Shown: in pieces, positions 39,922 through 49,572 of the stretch
Position numbering within the stretch: the first letter of the stretch is position 1
How the letters are laid out: each line of letters starts with the position of its first letter
Assembly (NCBI GenBank): GCA_963662465.1
Contig: OY759599.1
Span: 4,736,001-4,800,000 of the forward strand
Reading direction: 5' to 3'
DNA: 64,000 nucleotides
Origin: Desulfatiglandales bacterium
Lineage (GTDB): Bacteria > Desulfobacterota > DSM-4660 > Desulfatiglandales > Desulfatiglandaceae
Notes under the pieces: model-generated
The model's database searches: none
Told to the model about the DNA's origin: nothing
Seen by the model: only the letters and a program-made list of their open reading frames with translations
Position numbers and translations under genes: made by a program

Positions 39922-40998
39922 ATGCTACTTATCGAAGCTAAAAAAAGCAGAAGAACATTACACTCAATTGAGGGCACTTTTTACAGTATTCAAGCTCTCC
40001 GTGGAGTAGCAGCAATGTTGGTGGTTTTTTTCCATTCAACACAGTTTTTTAATGCTTATTTTCAAGCAACCCCATTCAGGAACTTTTTTTCATTTGGCTT
40101 TTGCGGTGTCCATATTTTTTTCGTTTTGAGTGGCTTTATTATTTTCACAATTCACTTTTTAGACATCAATAAGCCCCAAAAATTTTTTATCTATTTAAAA
40201 AAACGTGCGGTTCGTCTTTATCCAATTTATTGGATCACTCTAATACTTGCAATTTTATTAACAGACAAAACTGTTACACTATATGATTTTTACAAGAACT
40301 TTTTACTTCTGAACATGCCGATAGAATTTATTAATCCAGTGTGTTGGACATTATCATTTGAGGTTTTATTTTATATTCTTTTTTCATTTTTGATCTTAAA
40401 TCGAACTCTGGGAACGCTCCTTATTTCTGTCTGGATGTTTGGGGTATTTGGGTCCATTTTTTTTGATATCAAAACACCTTTTATTTTTCGTCAAATTTTA
40501 CATAATTATACCGTATTATTCATGATGGGCTGCTTATCCGCTTATCTAGTGATCAAATTGAAAAAACTAAAATCCACCGCAAAAGAAAAAATTGCATATA
40601 CAATGTGTTTTTTAGGATGCGTGTTGTTTTCATTAATGGTTTTTTATGTCTTAGACAATAAAATTACAAACTGGGATACATGGAAAATCACATTAGGGTT
40701 TGGGTTGAGCAGTGCAATGCTTATGTTTTCTGTTTTATCGAAAAAAATGAATGAATTTTTTGGAAGACAGAGGATAGTCATTGCACTTGGAAACGCTTCA
40801 TACTCTATCTATTTAATCCACTATCTCTTCTTAAAAAATGTGCTTTTTTATGCTAAAATGCATATAACACTAAATGAAAATATAATTAATATCTTATTAT
40901 TTGCCACTGTTTGTATATTAGCAACCTTCGTAGGTTACTTTATTTATTGGAGCATCGAGCGTCCATTGCTCAAGTATATGAGGACACTTTTACTATAA
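39922..40998 (+). CDS. Acyltransferase-3 (OafA-like) membrane O-acyltransferase, AT-rich
   Basis: IQALRGVAAMLVVFFH, FFVLSGF, WTLSFE, SYSIYLIH, IERP. Confidence 0.92.
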   Translation: MLLIEAKKSRRTLHSIEGTFYSIQALRGVAAMLVVFFHSTQFFNAYFQATPFRNFFSFGFCGVHIFFVLSGFIIFTIHFLDINKPQKFFIYLKKRAVRLYPIYWITLILAILLTDKTVTLYDFYKNFLLLNMPIEFINPVCWTLSFEVLFYILFSFLILNRTLGTLLISVWMFGVFGSIFFDIKTPFIFRQILHNYTVLFMMGCLSAYLVIKLKKLKSTAKEKIAYTMCFLGCVLFSLMVFYVLDNKITNWDTWKITLGFGLSSAMLMFSVLSKKMNEFFGRQRIVIALGNASYSIYLIHYLFLKNVLFYAKMHITLNENIINILLFATVCILATFVGYFIYWSIERPLLKYMRTLLL

Positions 40999-41097
40999 TT
41001 GAAGTTTCAAGCACTTTTTTTATCTGAAGATACTTCAAATGCCATATTTTGAATAACCCCTGACGATAACCCCTTAAATATCGAGGAAATTCACAAC

Positions 41098-42042
41098 GTG
41101 ATTCAAGAAGAAGCACTTATTCCTTACCGAACATCCCCACTGCCGGAAGGCCCCTGGCTGGTATTTGCGCCCCATCCCGATGACGAAACATTCGGGATGG
41201 GAGGCGCCTTGGCCCTGGCTGCGAGAAAAGCGGTGAAAGTAACGCTGGTGGTGCTGACCGACGGTTCAATGGGTGGTAAAGAAGCGGGATCAGGCAATAT
41301 CATTTCAATCCGGGAAAAGGAAGTCCAAGAAATTTCGAAGAGACTGCACCTGGAATCCGTTCTATTTTGGCGACAGCCTGACCGGGGCCTGAGGGTTTCA
41401 CAAGATCTCATAAACCGGGCGGCTGAGCTGATCCGCAAAATAAAACCGGCCAGCGTGTTTTTTCCATCCCCCATGGAATTGCATCCGGACCATAGAGCGA
41501 CCGCAACCCTTGTATGGGAGGGACTCAGAAAATGTCCGGAATTCCGGGGAAAGGCTTACGCTTACGAAATCAGCGGCCAATGCCCGACCAATCAATTGAT
41601 TGACATCACGGCGGTTGCCGATGAAAAGACGACCCTGGCAACCCTTTACCAAAGCCAGATAGCGGAAAGAGACTACCTGACACTCATATTGGCCTTAAAC
41701 AGAACGCGTTCCTACACACTCCCCCCGGAAGTCCATTTCGCGGAAGCTTTTTTTGTCTATGAGAACATCGGCGACACAGACCTCGCGCTGCACACCCTGA
41801 ATCATCTTCGTCCCTATTGGTCTGAAGACGCCGTTTCCCAGGAGGAAAGACATCGCAGAAAAAACCTGCGAATGGCGCTGGATCCGTCTCAAAACGAAAT
41901 AGCCGAGTGGCGTCAACGCTGCGAGGATCTGGAAAACAGCCGCCTCTGGCGTTATGCTGAACCGGTGCGAAATGCCGCAACAAAAATTAAAATCGCAACG
42001 CAACGCATTCGTGAAATAGCTGGCCAATGGAAACACCATTGA
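41098..42042 (+). CDS. PIG-L/LmbE-family deacetylase with a short coiled-coil tail
   Basis: FAPHPDDE, HPDH, YQSQI; tail LENSRLWRYAEP. Confidence 0.9.
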   Translation: MIQEEALIPYRTSPLPEGPWLVFAPHPDDETFGMGGALALAARKAVKVTLVVLTDGSMGGKEAGSGNIISIREKEVQEISKRLHLESVLFWRQPDRGLRVSQDLINRAAELIRKIKPASVFFPSPMELHPDHRATATLVWEGLRKCPEFRGKAYAYEISGQCPTNQLIDITAVADEKTTLATLYQSQIAERDYLTLILALNRTRSYTLPPEVHFAEAFFVYENIGDTDLALHTLNHLRPYWSEDAVSQEERHRRKNLRMALDPSQNEIAEWRQRCEDLENSRLWRYAEPVRNAATKIKIATQRIREIAGQWKHH

Positions 42043-42160
42043 TCGAAGAAGCCGGAACATCCACCGTCATCAGGGAGTATCACCCCTGTAGCGGATACGG
42101 TGCATAGATGTCAGTCCGTGGAGGATCAGCAACAAGCTCAAAACCTTAAGGGACAATAAC

Positions 42161-43303
42161 ATGAACGATTTAAGCGTCGCCATCATTGTGAGAACAAAAA
42201 ACCGCCCCAAACAATTGGGGGAGGCACTCAGGAGCATAAACAATGCCCACATCCCGAATCTGGAAGTCATCGTTGTCAATGATGGGGGAATGGATGTGCA
42301 ACAGGTTGTAACAGCTGCCTCGGCCAACGGGACGTCCTATGCCTACTTGTCTTTAGCAACCAATCAGGGGCGATCGGAAGCGGGAAATCTGGGCGCTGAA
42401 GCCTCCCGGGCGCCCCATATCTTCTTCCTGGACGATGACGACCTGCTGGCGCCGGATTTCCCGTCGCTGCTGAAACGCTTTGATGAGCATCATGGTCCCC
42501 AGGACAACCTGGTTTTATACGGAAAGGTCGAAGCGTTTCACTGCAATCCGGATGGTTCAAAGAGGGATACGTATCGCTTTTTTGGAAGAGACTTTGACCC
42601 CGTCGCGCTTCTGTGGGAAAATTATATCCCTTTTAACGCCGCCATCATTCCCCGAGATCTTTTCCTTCAGGTAGGCGGGCTTGACTCGCAGCTGAAAGTT
42701 TTTGAAGACTGGGATCTTTTTCTAAAACTGAGTCAAAAGGCGAAGATCGTATATCATCCCATTCTGGTGGCCTATTACCGGCTTTTCGAGAATGCGTTTA
42801 TCCTCGGCGGCAGTGCAAAACTTCAATCGGACTGTCGCATCAGAATACTGGAAAAACACTGGGAAAAATATACACCCCAATCCCTTGCCGGAATATACGA
42901 CATGGTAAAGCGAGACCTGCGCCATGAATTTCTGCCGGAAGCTGCCCGACTTGAGGCGGAAAGAGAACGCTGGTCGAAAATGGACATGGAGCGCAAAACA
43001 TTCATCGACGAGTTGACGGATCAAATTTCCCAAAAGGATGGCTATATTGCTGAACTAACCAAGGAAATTGAAAGAAAAGGAAATTATATCGATGGGCTGG
43101 CTAAGGAAATTGAGAGAAAAGGAAACTATATCGATGAACTGGCCGTGGAAATCAACCGTAAGGGAAAATACATCGAGACGCTGGAACATGAAAGGATTGA
43201 GTGGCATTCAATGAATTCCGAACGGTCAGTTTTCATTCGAGGTTTGCAGCAGAAAATTAAGGACCTGAAAAATATACTTGAGAAATCCGACGTAAACCCC
43301 TAG
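42161..43303 (+). CDS. GT2 glycosyltransferase with a C-terminal repeated coiled coil
   Basis: IIVRTKNRP, VVNDGG, FLDDDD, FEDWD; 14-aa repeats. Confidence 0.88.
   Translation: MNDLSVAIIVRTKNRPKQLGEALRSINNAHIPNLEVIVVNDGGMDVQQVVTAASANGTSYAYLSLATNQGRSEAGNLGAEASRAPHIFFLDDDDLLAPDFPSLLKRFDEHHGPQDNLVLYGKVEAFHCNPDGSKRDTYRFFGRDFDPVALLWENYIPFNAAIIPRDLFLQVGGLDSQLKVFEDWDLFLKLSQKAKIVYHPILVAYYRLFENAFILGGSAKLQSDCRIRILEKHWEKYTPQSLAGIYDMVKRDLRHEFLPEAARLEAERERWSKMDMERKTFIDELTDQISQKDGYIAELTKEIERKGNYIDGLAKEIERKGNYIDELAVEINRKGKYIETLEHERIEWHSMNSERSVFIRGLQQKIKDLKNILEKSDVNP
43034..43201 (+). repeat. Four imperfect 42-bp (14-aa) coding tandem repeats
   Basis: KDGYIAELTKEIER / KGNYIDGLAKEIER / KGNYIDELAVEINR / KGKYIETLEHERIE. 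Confidence 0.85.
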
Positions 43304-43373
43304 AAATAAATACTCCAATTTCAAATTTTGATAGCCGCAAAGAAATAAAACCATTATGTCATATTGTTTTTTC

Positions 43374-43528
43374 GGTTCATCGCGGATTAACGTGAAATCG
43401 CGCTTTGCGATTGTTTCGGTTTGGGCTGTAGGTGCGACTTTAGTCGCACAAGGTAGGCTTAATGTGCGACTAAAGTCGCACCTACAATCGGCTTAGAAGC
43501 CAAATCTCACGCGAATCCACGATGAGCT
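43374..43528. mobile_element. 155-bp MITE with an 8-bp target duplication, carrying a REP doublet
   Basis: Imperfect 22-bp TIRs (ggttcatcgcggattaacgtga / tcacgcgaatccacgatgagct); GTTTTTTC at 43366-43373 and 43529-43536. Confidence 0.8.
43427..43486. repeat. GTAG-type REP doublet (REPIN-like)
   Basis: tgtaggtgcgactttagtcgcaca and its exact reverse complement, 12 nt apart; each copy internally palindromic. Confidence 0.85.
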
Positions 43529-43593
43529 GTTTTTTCTAACTTGGGCACCCCATGCTATAAGAGAAAAAAAGCAAGCTATTCCATCACCTTGAT

Positions 43594-43950
43594 ATGGCCG
43601 TTCGGCGTAGTCTGGGAAACATTTTTCTTTTCCTGAACAATGATATGGAAATCGTTAATGCCGAGTGGCCCACAGCCCTTCTGGAACATTCGCAACGACC
43701 GGAAATCGGCGCCGTTGGCGCTAAACTCGTCTATCCCGACGACCTCATTCAACATACAGGCGTAATTCAGGGTGTTAACGGTTGTGCCGGGCACAACCAT
43801 CAATTTTTTTCTGAAAACAAACACTAGCGTCCCTGCGGAGGCCACCTGGACCAACTGCTCTGCGTACGGGAACGTGCAGCAGTTACCGCAGCATGTATGA
43901 TGGTACGACGTGAAGTATTCAAAAAAGCGGGGGATTTCGATGAGGATTTC
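43594..43950 (+). pseudogene. GT2 glycosyltransferase fragment
   Basis: FLNNDMEI..GAVGAKLVYPD..IQHTG, in-frame TAG at 43825, then AVTAACMMVRREVF..GDFDEDF; both termini missing. Confidence 0.8.
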
Positions 43951-44041
43951 GCGGGGGAAACAGGAAGACGACTTGCCTTTTTATCATATCAACCTCCAAT
44001 TTTAATTTTAAAAAAATTAAAAAAATACCGTTATTAAACTA

Positions 44042-44142
44042 TAGTGCCGGTCAATTGAACTGATACCCGTTTCGCACTGTAAGTGCTTGATTTTAAGGCT
44101 TTAAAAGCTCTAAATTAGTATCAAGTCATGTGACCGGCACTA
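44042..44142. mobile_element. 101-bp MITE, IS630/Tc1-like (TA duplication)
   Basis: TA|TAGTGCCGGTCA...TGACCGGCACTA|TA with further imperfect IR inside. Confidence 0.75.
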
Positions 44143-44898
44143 TAATTGATTCAACCCGGAAAACAATTTTGACGTAATGACTCTCATTTTGGCCATACGG
44201 AAAACAAATGCCGTTAACAGACACCCGGAACCATATTTTACACTCCTGAAAAAATCAATGGAAGATGCTTCGGGAAAATATTTTGTCGGGCAAGTGATTT
44301 CAGCAACGGCATATCCCATCCAAATGATTTGTGTGAGCATCTGATTGTCAAATAGAAAATCATTCGAATTATTCTCGAGTGGAAGTTTTTCAAGCAATTC
44401 GCGCGAAAAAGCGCGGAACCCAGTGTGGTATTCAGAGAGCTTTGCGCCCGTCAAAACATTTTCCACCAGTGTAAGCAATCGATTTGCCAGATATTTCCAT
44501 GCCGGCATGCCATTTTTTAGAGCATACCCTCCAAGTATCCTGGACCCTAGCACACAATGATATAAATCGTTTCCGATCATTGAAGCCATGGCAGGAATCA
44601 GTTTTGGTGTATATTGGTAGTCCGGGTGAACCATAATGATTATATCGGCCCCTCTCTTTAAAGAGATTTCATAGCATGTTTTCTGGTTGCCGCCATATCC
44701 CAGATTTAAAGAATGAACATGAACGACGGAATTTGGCAATTTTTTCGCAATGTCAACGGTTTCATCCTCGCTTGCGTCATCAACGATGACCACTTCGTCG
44801 ACAATTTCCTGTGCCATTACTTCATCATAGGTCTTCCGCAGTGTTCTGGCCGCATTGAACGTGGGCATTACAACAACGACTCGCTTATCTTTGTACAC
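44140..44898 (-). CDS. DPM1-like GT2 (polyprenol-phosphate glycosyltransferase-like)
   Basis: VVVMPTFNA, DDASED, NLGYGGNQK, HPDYQY, GSR, YHTGFRAF. Confidence 0.85.
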   Translation of the reverse strand: MYKDKRVVVVMPTFNAARTLRKTYDEVMAQEIVDEVVIVDDASEDETVDIAKKLPNSVVHVHSLNLGYGGNQKTCYEISLKRGADIIIMVHPDYQYTPKLIPAMASMIGNDLYHCVLGSRILGGYALKNGMPAWKYLANRLLTLVENVLTGAKLSEYHTGFRAFSRELLEKLPLENNSNDFLFDNQMLTQIIWMGYAVAEITCPTKYFPEASSIDFFRSVKYGSGCLLTAFVFRMAKMRVITSKLFSGLNQL

Positions 44899-45040
44899 GG
44901 CCGCCCCTTGAGAATTCTTTCTATCAAATAGATTTAATTTATGCTTTCCTAAAGGTCCATATTATTTGGGTGTGGCTCTTTTGCATTTTTCGATATGACG
45001 ATCCCGTGGTTGCTATCCTATTCATTCGTCTGTTGAGAGC

Positions 45041-45579
45041 TTACTTGATTATTTTAAGATGGCCGGTGTTTTTAGTAGATGACTTTGAGTTTGTTGTGGC
45101 AGGGACTGAGCCGTCAGCATAGAGTGCTTGATGATTTCGTTTGTACTCATAATCCTCATGAAAAGTCCGGTACTCATCGAAATCCTTGCTTGAACGTAAG
45201 GCCCGTAAACGTAATACTGCTTCGGCTCCCTGAAATGAATAAATCTCTGGGGGAAGGTTCAGTTCGGCATCCAGAGGATGAAGACTTTTACATCCTTGCT
45301 TGCCGTATCCGGCACGGTTGAACTCAACCCTGCCGAACACCGTTTCAATCTTTCGATCATGGGTAGGTGTTTCAATTCGTTCGATTCTATCTGTATCTCT
45401 CACAGGTTGATTGCTTGTGCCGGGGCTGCGGTTATTAAGATGTTCCTGAAGCAAAATGCGCATCGACTCACGCCCCCGCTTCTCAATCTCCTGTTCTAAT
45501 TTGCTCATATCCATCGAATTTCCCTCTCCGGAATCAAGGATACTTATGATGCGCTCAAAATAATCATGACTCTGACCAT
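45041..45579 (-). pseudogene. ISKra4-like transposase remnant, internally deleted and interrupted (true 5' end at 48188-48233)
   Basis: N-terminal ETVFGRV..HPLDAELNLP joined directly to C-terminal GAEAVLRLRALRSS.DFDEY..FH..RNH; catalytic core missing. Confidence 0.75.
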
Positions 45580-45650
45580 CAGACATCATAGTAAATGACG
45601 TTTTTTCTCAATTCAAATTGTGCATTTAGTTCAACAGCGGCCTTGATCAT

Positions 45651-45702
45651 TGTTTCGGCCATTAGGGCGAAAGATTTTTCGCCCCTACATGTGGTCGAAA
45701 CA
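45651..45702. repeat. REP-like hairpin inside the nested IS
   Basis: gtaggggcgaaaaatctttcgccc on the minus strand, enclosed by a tgtttcggcca/tggtcgaaaca stem. Confidence 0.6.
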
Positions 45703-45742
45703 CGATACCCTGCGTAGGATGGCTGAAACGATGAGCAAGGCT

Positions 45743-48010
45743 TTAACAGCAATAACCCACTTGAGGGATTGAGGAGATGCGAAAATAAAGGTCGAACTCC
45801 ATGCGACCTCTCAATTTGGGCGACATAGTGTTTATCAGATGGCAAAATCTTGTTGCTGCCTTCCGATGCTTTTTGTCCTCTATCCAATCTAAAAGCACAA
45901 CAAGTGTTTTCCCGACTAATTTCACATAACCAGGGAGTTTTGTGACCTTTGTCAGGATCTGTTTCACATCCCGCGGATCATCATAACATGAACGGAACAG
46001 GCCAACCAGATGCTCGCGTGAGTGAAAGGCAATCATTTGTATCAGGTCGTAGAGCTTCTTTTTCTCCAGATCTGCCTTGTTCATTGGTCTGCCTTTCAGC
46101 ACTTCAATTATCGATACTTTGTCAGGCATTTCTTTTAAGGCTGCCTGAAAACCGTCAAGCTCTTTGTCGTATTTCTCTATCTCTTCCTGGAGCGTGTTTA
46201 GCTTTTTTTTAAGACGAAGATCTTTTCGTGCTTCTATTTTGGACTCTGTTTGTTGTTTTGCAAGCGCCAATTGCCCCATCTTTTGTTTAATTCCCTTGAT
46301 CGTTTTTTTGATTGTTTTTACCTCAGGATTATCTACAAGAGGCTGTTCTTCAAGTTCTTTAAGATCATAACCGGGATGATAATTGAAGTTGTACAGGGAC
46401 ATCATCTCTTTGAAAAAGTTTTCAGACTCTCCCCATCGTGAAAGCATATATGCGGCAATATCAGGAGCAGGCTTTTGATGATTGCTGGTATATATTGCCA
46501 CAGGTCTATCCTTGTCCAATTCCTTGAAAACAACCATACGTACTTCTGTCGAAGTTGCCTCTGTTCGGCCTTCTTTGGCAGCTGTAGAAATCGATTCACG
46601 AATCAGTTTTGTTTTCTCGGCAATGAGATATCTTTTCCCATTAAACATCAAGCAGCTCGTATATTCCAAGTCTTTCAATTCATCTTTTTTCACATACCTG
46701 GCCCACGTAATAAAGTCAGCCCTTTTCGATAATTGACTGAAAAAGTGAACACCATAACCACCGCGATCAAAAACCACAATGGGGCGGTCGACACCCAGGC
46801 TGATTATCTTGTCGGCCGCTCTTATGATGATCGGCCTGAAATCGATATCACACCCTTCGGTAATTGAAAAGAAAGGCTTCCCGTCAAGGTCGCTGACAAC
46901 ATAAATCTCGTTTCCTTTCATGACAATTCGTCTCACGGTATGGTAGCCTTTGGATAGAACTTTCAGTCCATAATAGGGAAGGAAGTGCCCATCGATAAAA
47001 AACACCTCTGGGTTGATGAACCCCAACGATAGAAACAGGTTTGCGAAATAATCTATCAGGCTCTCTGAGGGCTTGAACTCGGCCATCTGTTTTAAACGCA
47101 ACCGAATAGTGGTCTCATCGGGGGAACTGGTTCGTCCCAGCAAAAGCCCCATGTCCCTACTGTTGACCAGCTTATGGGATTCGATAGATGGCAACCCGAT
47201 GTTCAACCCGAAAAGGACAGTTTCCATCACTTCATAATTATCATACATATTATTGGAATAAGAAGGCAAATCAAAGGCATTTGGGAAGTTGATATGATCT
47301 AAAAACAGATGGTGAAGAAGCATGCCGGCAAAGACATTGCGTTGTCCCTGTTGAAGATAATCCAGGAATACTTTATCTGTATCGGTTTGTGGCTTGGGTG
47401 TATCCTCATCAGCAAATTCATCTACCTTCTTTTTGAACTCAGAATCAGCCTCAAAGTTGAAAGAAAGCTGTCGCTCGTCGTGTTGCTTCAAATCAATACT
47501 ATCCGCAATTTTAGCCAGTTGCTCCAAGTCATGCTTTGTAGGCTTTTCAGTTTCTGCATCTTGGTCCGCGGTTCTGATACGAGCTACAGCACTTCTCGAA
47601 ATAGTCGTTTCAGTTTGCTTTTCCGCGGCATTTGCAATCTGCTGGTCAGTCCAGTCAGGATTCTCGCGGATAAGTTTTTTGATGGTTTTGCGAATGCTGC
47701 CAATATATTTCCAGGGAGCCTTGGGACCACGGTTGTCCTCAAATATGGCCTCAACACCTAAAAGTCTTTTGGTGCGAAGCAGTTTGCCAACCGTATTGCG
47801 GTGAAACCCACAGATTTTACCGGCAACCCGGTTTTTACAATAACCAAGCTCGACAAGTTGTACGGCAGCGAGTCTCCTATCATTTATCTTCCCAGGATCG
47901 AAACTGACGACAGGACGATACTCATGATAAACCGTAACAGTGATTTTTTCCTTCCAATCCCGCTCGGTCCATATGGATAGGTCGCTAATTTTTTCTGTTT
48001 TGACAATCAT
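45743..48010 (-). CDS. Large DDE transposase with N-terminal HTH domains (755 aa)
   Basis: HTH AGKICGFHRNTV..RGPK; FFIDGH, VFDRGG, YMLSRWGESENFFK; only long ORF between the TIRs. Confidence 0.85.
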   Translation of the reverse strand: MIVKTEKISDLSIWTERDWKEKITVTVYHEYRPVVSFDPGKINDRRLAAVQLVELGYCKNRVAGKICGFHRNTVGKLLRTKRLLGVEAIFEDNRGPKAPWKYIGSIRKTIKKLIRENPDWTDQQIANAAEKQTETTISRSAVARIRTADQDAETEKPTKHDLEQLAKIADSIDLKQHDERQLSFNFEADSEFKKKVDEFADEDTPKPQTDTDKVFLDYLQQGQRNVFAGMLLHHLFLDHINFPNAFDLPSYSNNMYDNYEVMETVLFGLNIGLPSIESHKLVNSRDMGLLLGRTSSPDETTIRLRLKQMAEFKPSESLIDYFANLFLSLGFINPEVFFIDGHFLPYYGLKVLSKGYHTVRRIVMKGNEIYVVSDLDGKPFFSITEGCDIDFRPIIIRAADKIISLGVDRPIVVFDRGGYGVHFFSQLSKRADFITWARYVKKDELKDLEYTSCLMFNGKRYLIAEKTKLIRESISTAAKEGRTEATSTEVRMVVFKELDKDRPVAIYTSNHQKPAPDIAAYMLSRWGESENFFKEMMSLYNFNYHPGYDLKELEEQPLVDNPEVKTIKKTIKGIKQKMGQLALAKQQTESKIEARKDLRLKKKLNTLQEEIEKYDKELDGFQAALKEMPDKVSIIEVLKGRPMNKADLEKKKLYDLIQMIAFHSREHLVGLFRSCYDDPRDVKQILTKVTKLPGYVKLVGKTLVVLLDWIEDKKHRKAATRFCHLINTMSPKLRGRMEFDLYFRISSIPQVGYCC

Positions 48011-48016
48011 GGTCTG

Positions 48017-48045
48017 AAGATAATTTTTCAGTTTTCATTTGTCAA
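48017..48045 (-). promoter_or_regulatory. Sigma70 promoter immediately upstream of the transposase ATG (leaderless geometry)
   Basis: TTGACA-N17-TATCTT-N6-ATG; no SD. Confidence 0.55.
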
Positions 48046-48241
48046 TAAAAAAAATATTTTGCCCCACCTAATATTTTCAGCTAGTTACGCTGCACTAAAA
48101 TCTGAAATGCACACGAAATTATGAGAAGCTCCAGTATAACGATTTCAAACAGTTAAGTTGCGTAAAGGTCATTTACCAGGAACTCTGGACCATAAGGATA
48201 TTCCAGGGAAAAAAGTGCTGGAGCTACTCCCATAATAAGTG

Positions 48242-49138
48242 CTATCTCCCCCCTTTGAGCCGGCGGACAGCATTTTTTACCAGTGGGTAAACCAGGATGG
48301 TTTTCACATCTGTTCCGTACCGTTTACCGGCTCTGTCCATTCGTCCGCGACCGCTGGTTCTTCCCAGTTCAATCCAGTTGGCTGCCCGGTAACACCCACC
48401 ATAATAACGCTTCCGGTCCACCAGCGTTTCCACCAACAAGGGATACAACCCATGATGGCCTCGCCAGTCCTCTCGAAGCCGACTCAGGACACACGAAAGC
48501 AGCAAACTGGCAAGATTACGTATCCTGGGCAGGACCAACAATCGACTGTTATTTACGATCTGCTGAAGACCTCGCCCGCGTGTCGCGTCATCCCAGCCAA
48601 TCCATTGATCCCTGGCCTTCATCCGCCAAGCTGGACTGGAGAATTGAACACAGCCGACAACTTGTCGAATGGGACGGGGTTACGTATACCAGATATTGAA
48701 GCTTCGCTCCAAAGGGCATGGCATATCCAAGATAGTGGTAACGGCTTACAAGATCTTTGAAAAGTCGGCGCTGTTGCGCACTTTTGACCAGTTCCATATC
48801 CAGGGGCGAAAACGCCTCTACACTCCCGACAGTCCGGCCCAAGCCGGAGAATCTTTTGCCGGAGCAATGTGCCGTCTCGTACCTTTCCTCGATCCGTTCC
48901 CATGGCTCTCCGGAAGCTTGAAATACCCCTCGCTTTCCAATCGCTCCAAAAAGTTCAGGCACTCCCGACCTTTGATACCCCCATTAGGCCGTCTCCACTC
49001 CAGCAGTTCGCTCACCGTATACGACAATTCTGTTCAGCTGATTCCTGAACAGCTCTCGACCACTTCCTGAATCAAGGAAACGTCTTGGGGGGCAAACTCA
49101 CGCCCACTAAATCGGTGATTGTCTCTTGCTCTGATCAT
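48242..49138 (-). pseudogene. DUF4338 (DruA-like) IS-associated gene, disrupted
   Basis: RFSGREF, YHYLGY, RDQWIGW, IVNNSRLLVLP, LVETLVD, GCYRAANW..GRTSGRG; one in-frame TGA and two frameshifts. Confidence 0.85.
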
Positions 49139-49572
49139 GACGTTTCACCATTCGCATATAGCAAGAAACTGAAACAAGCGCCAAAAAAAACTTTCTTCAC
49201 TTTTCCACCATCCACTGTCCACGGACGCAAAAACCCGGACATAGCTTTTTACTGAGATGTTATTCTCGAAAAAAACCTCAGAAACTTGGCCTACAGATCA
49301 CCTAACATGCCATTATTTATCGCTTTTGTGCGTGATTCAAAAGAGCCGCACCCTTTGAGATTAGAGTACGCTGAATGAAGATACATCTCTACGCTCCATT
49401 TTTTTAAGTCCTTTGTTTTATACTTACGTTCGCTATAGTTATGGTGTACGTAACCGGCATGGACCCTATTATTATTTACAGAAGTCGACCCATAGGTTCC
49501 ACACTTATCCATTTGAGGGCTAACTAAACGATCCAACCGTAAAATGATGCTGTAGATAAAAACAGTGAAATT

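Larger units (their letters stand above)
45580..48187 (-). mobile_element. Intact 2608-bp nested insertion sequence
   Basis: 23-bp imperfect TIRs (cagacatcatagtaaatgacgtt / aaggtcatttaccaggaactctg, 18/23); GACCAT at 45574-45579 and 48188-48193. Confidence 0.88.
44968..49353 (-). mobile_element. Decayed ISKra4-like element (DUF4338 gene + transposase) containing a nested IS
   Basis: 16-bp IRs gggtgtggctcttttg (44968) and caaaagagccgcaccc (49338-49353), 1 mismatch; TTT on both flanks. Confidence 0.8.

Noticed and set aside
43034..43486. Possible CRISPR array
   Set aside because: The repeats are contiguous coding units or an inverted REP pair; no repeat-spacer pattern and no cas genes.
49034..49036. 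In-frame TGA in DUF4338 as selenocysteine
   Set aside because: The position fits Arg (CGA to TGA), and the gene also has frameshifts.
48242..49138. Functional Druantia anti-phage system
   Set aside because: Only a disrupted DUF4338 gene inside IS ends; no DruE helicase or other dru genes.
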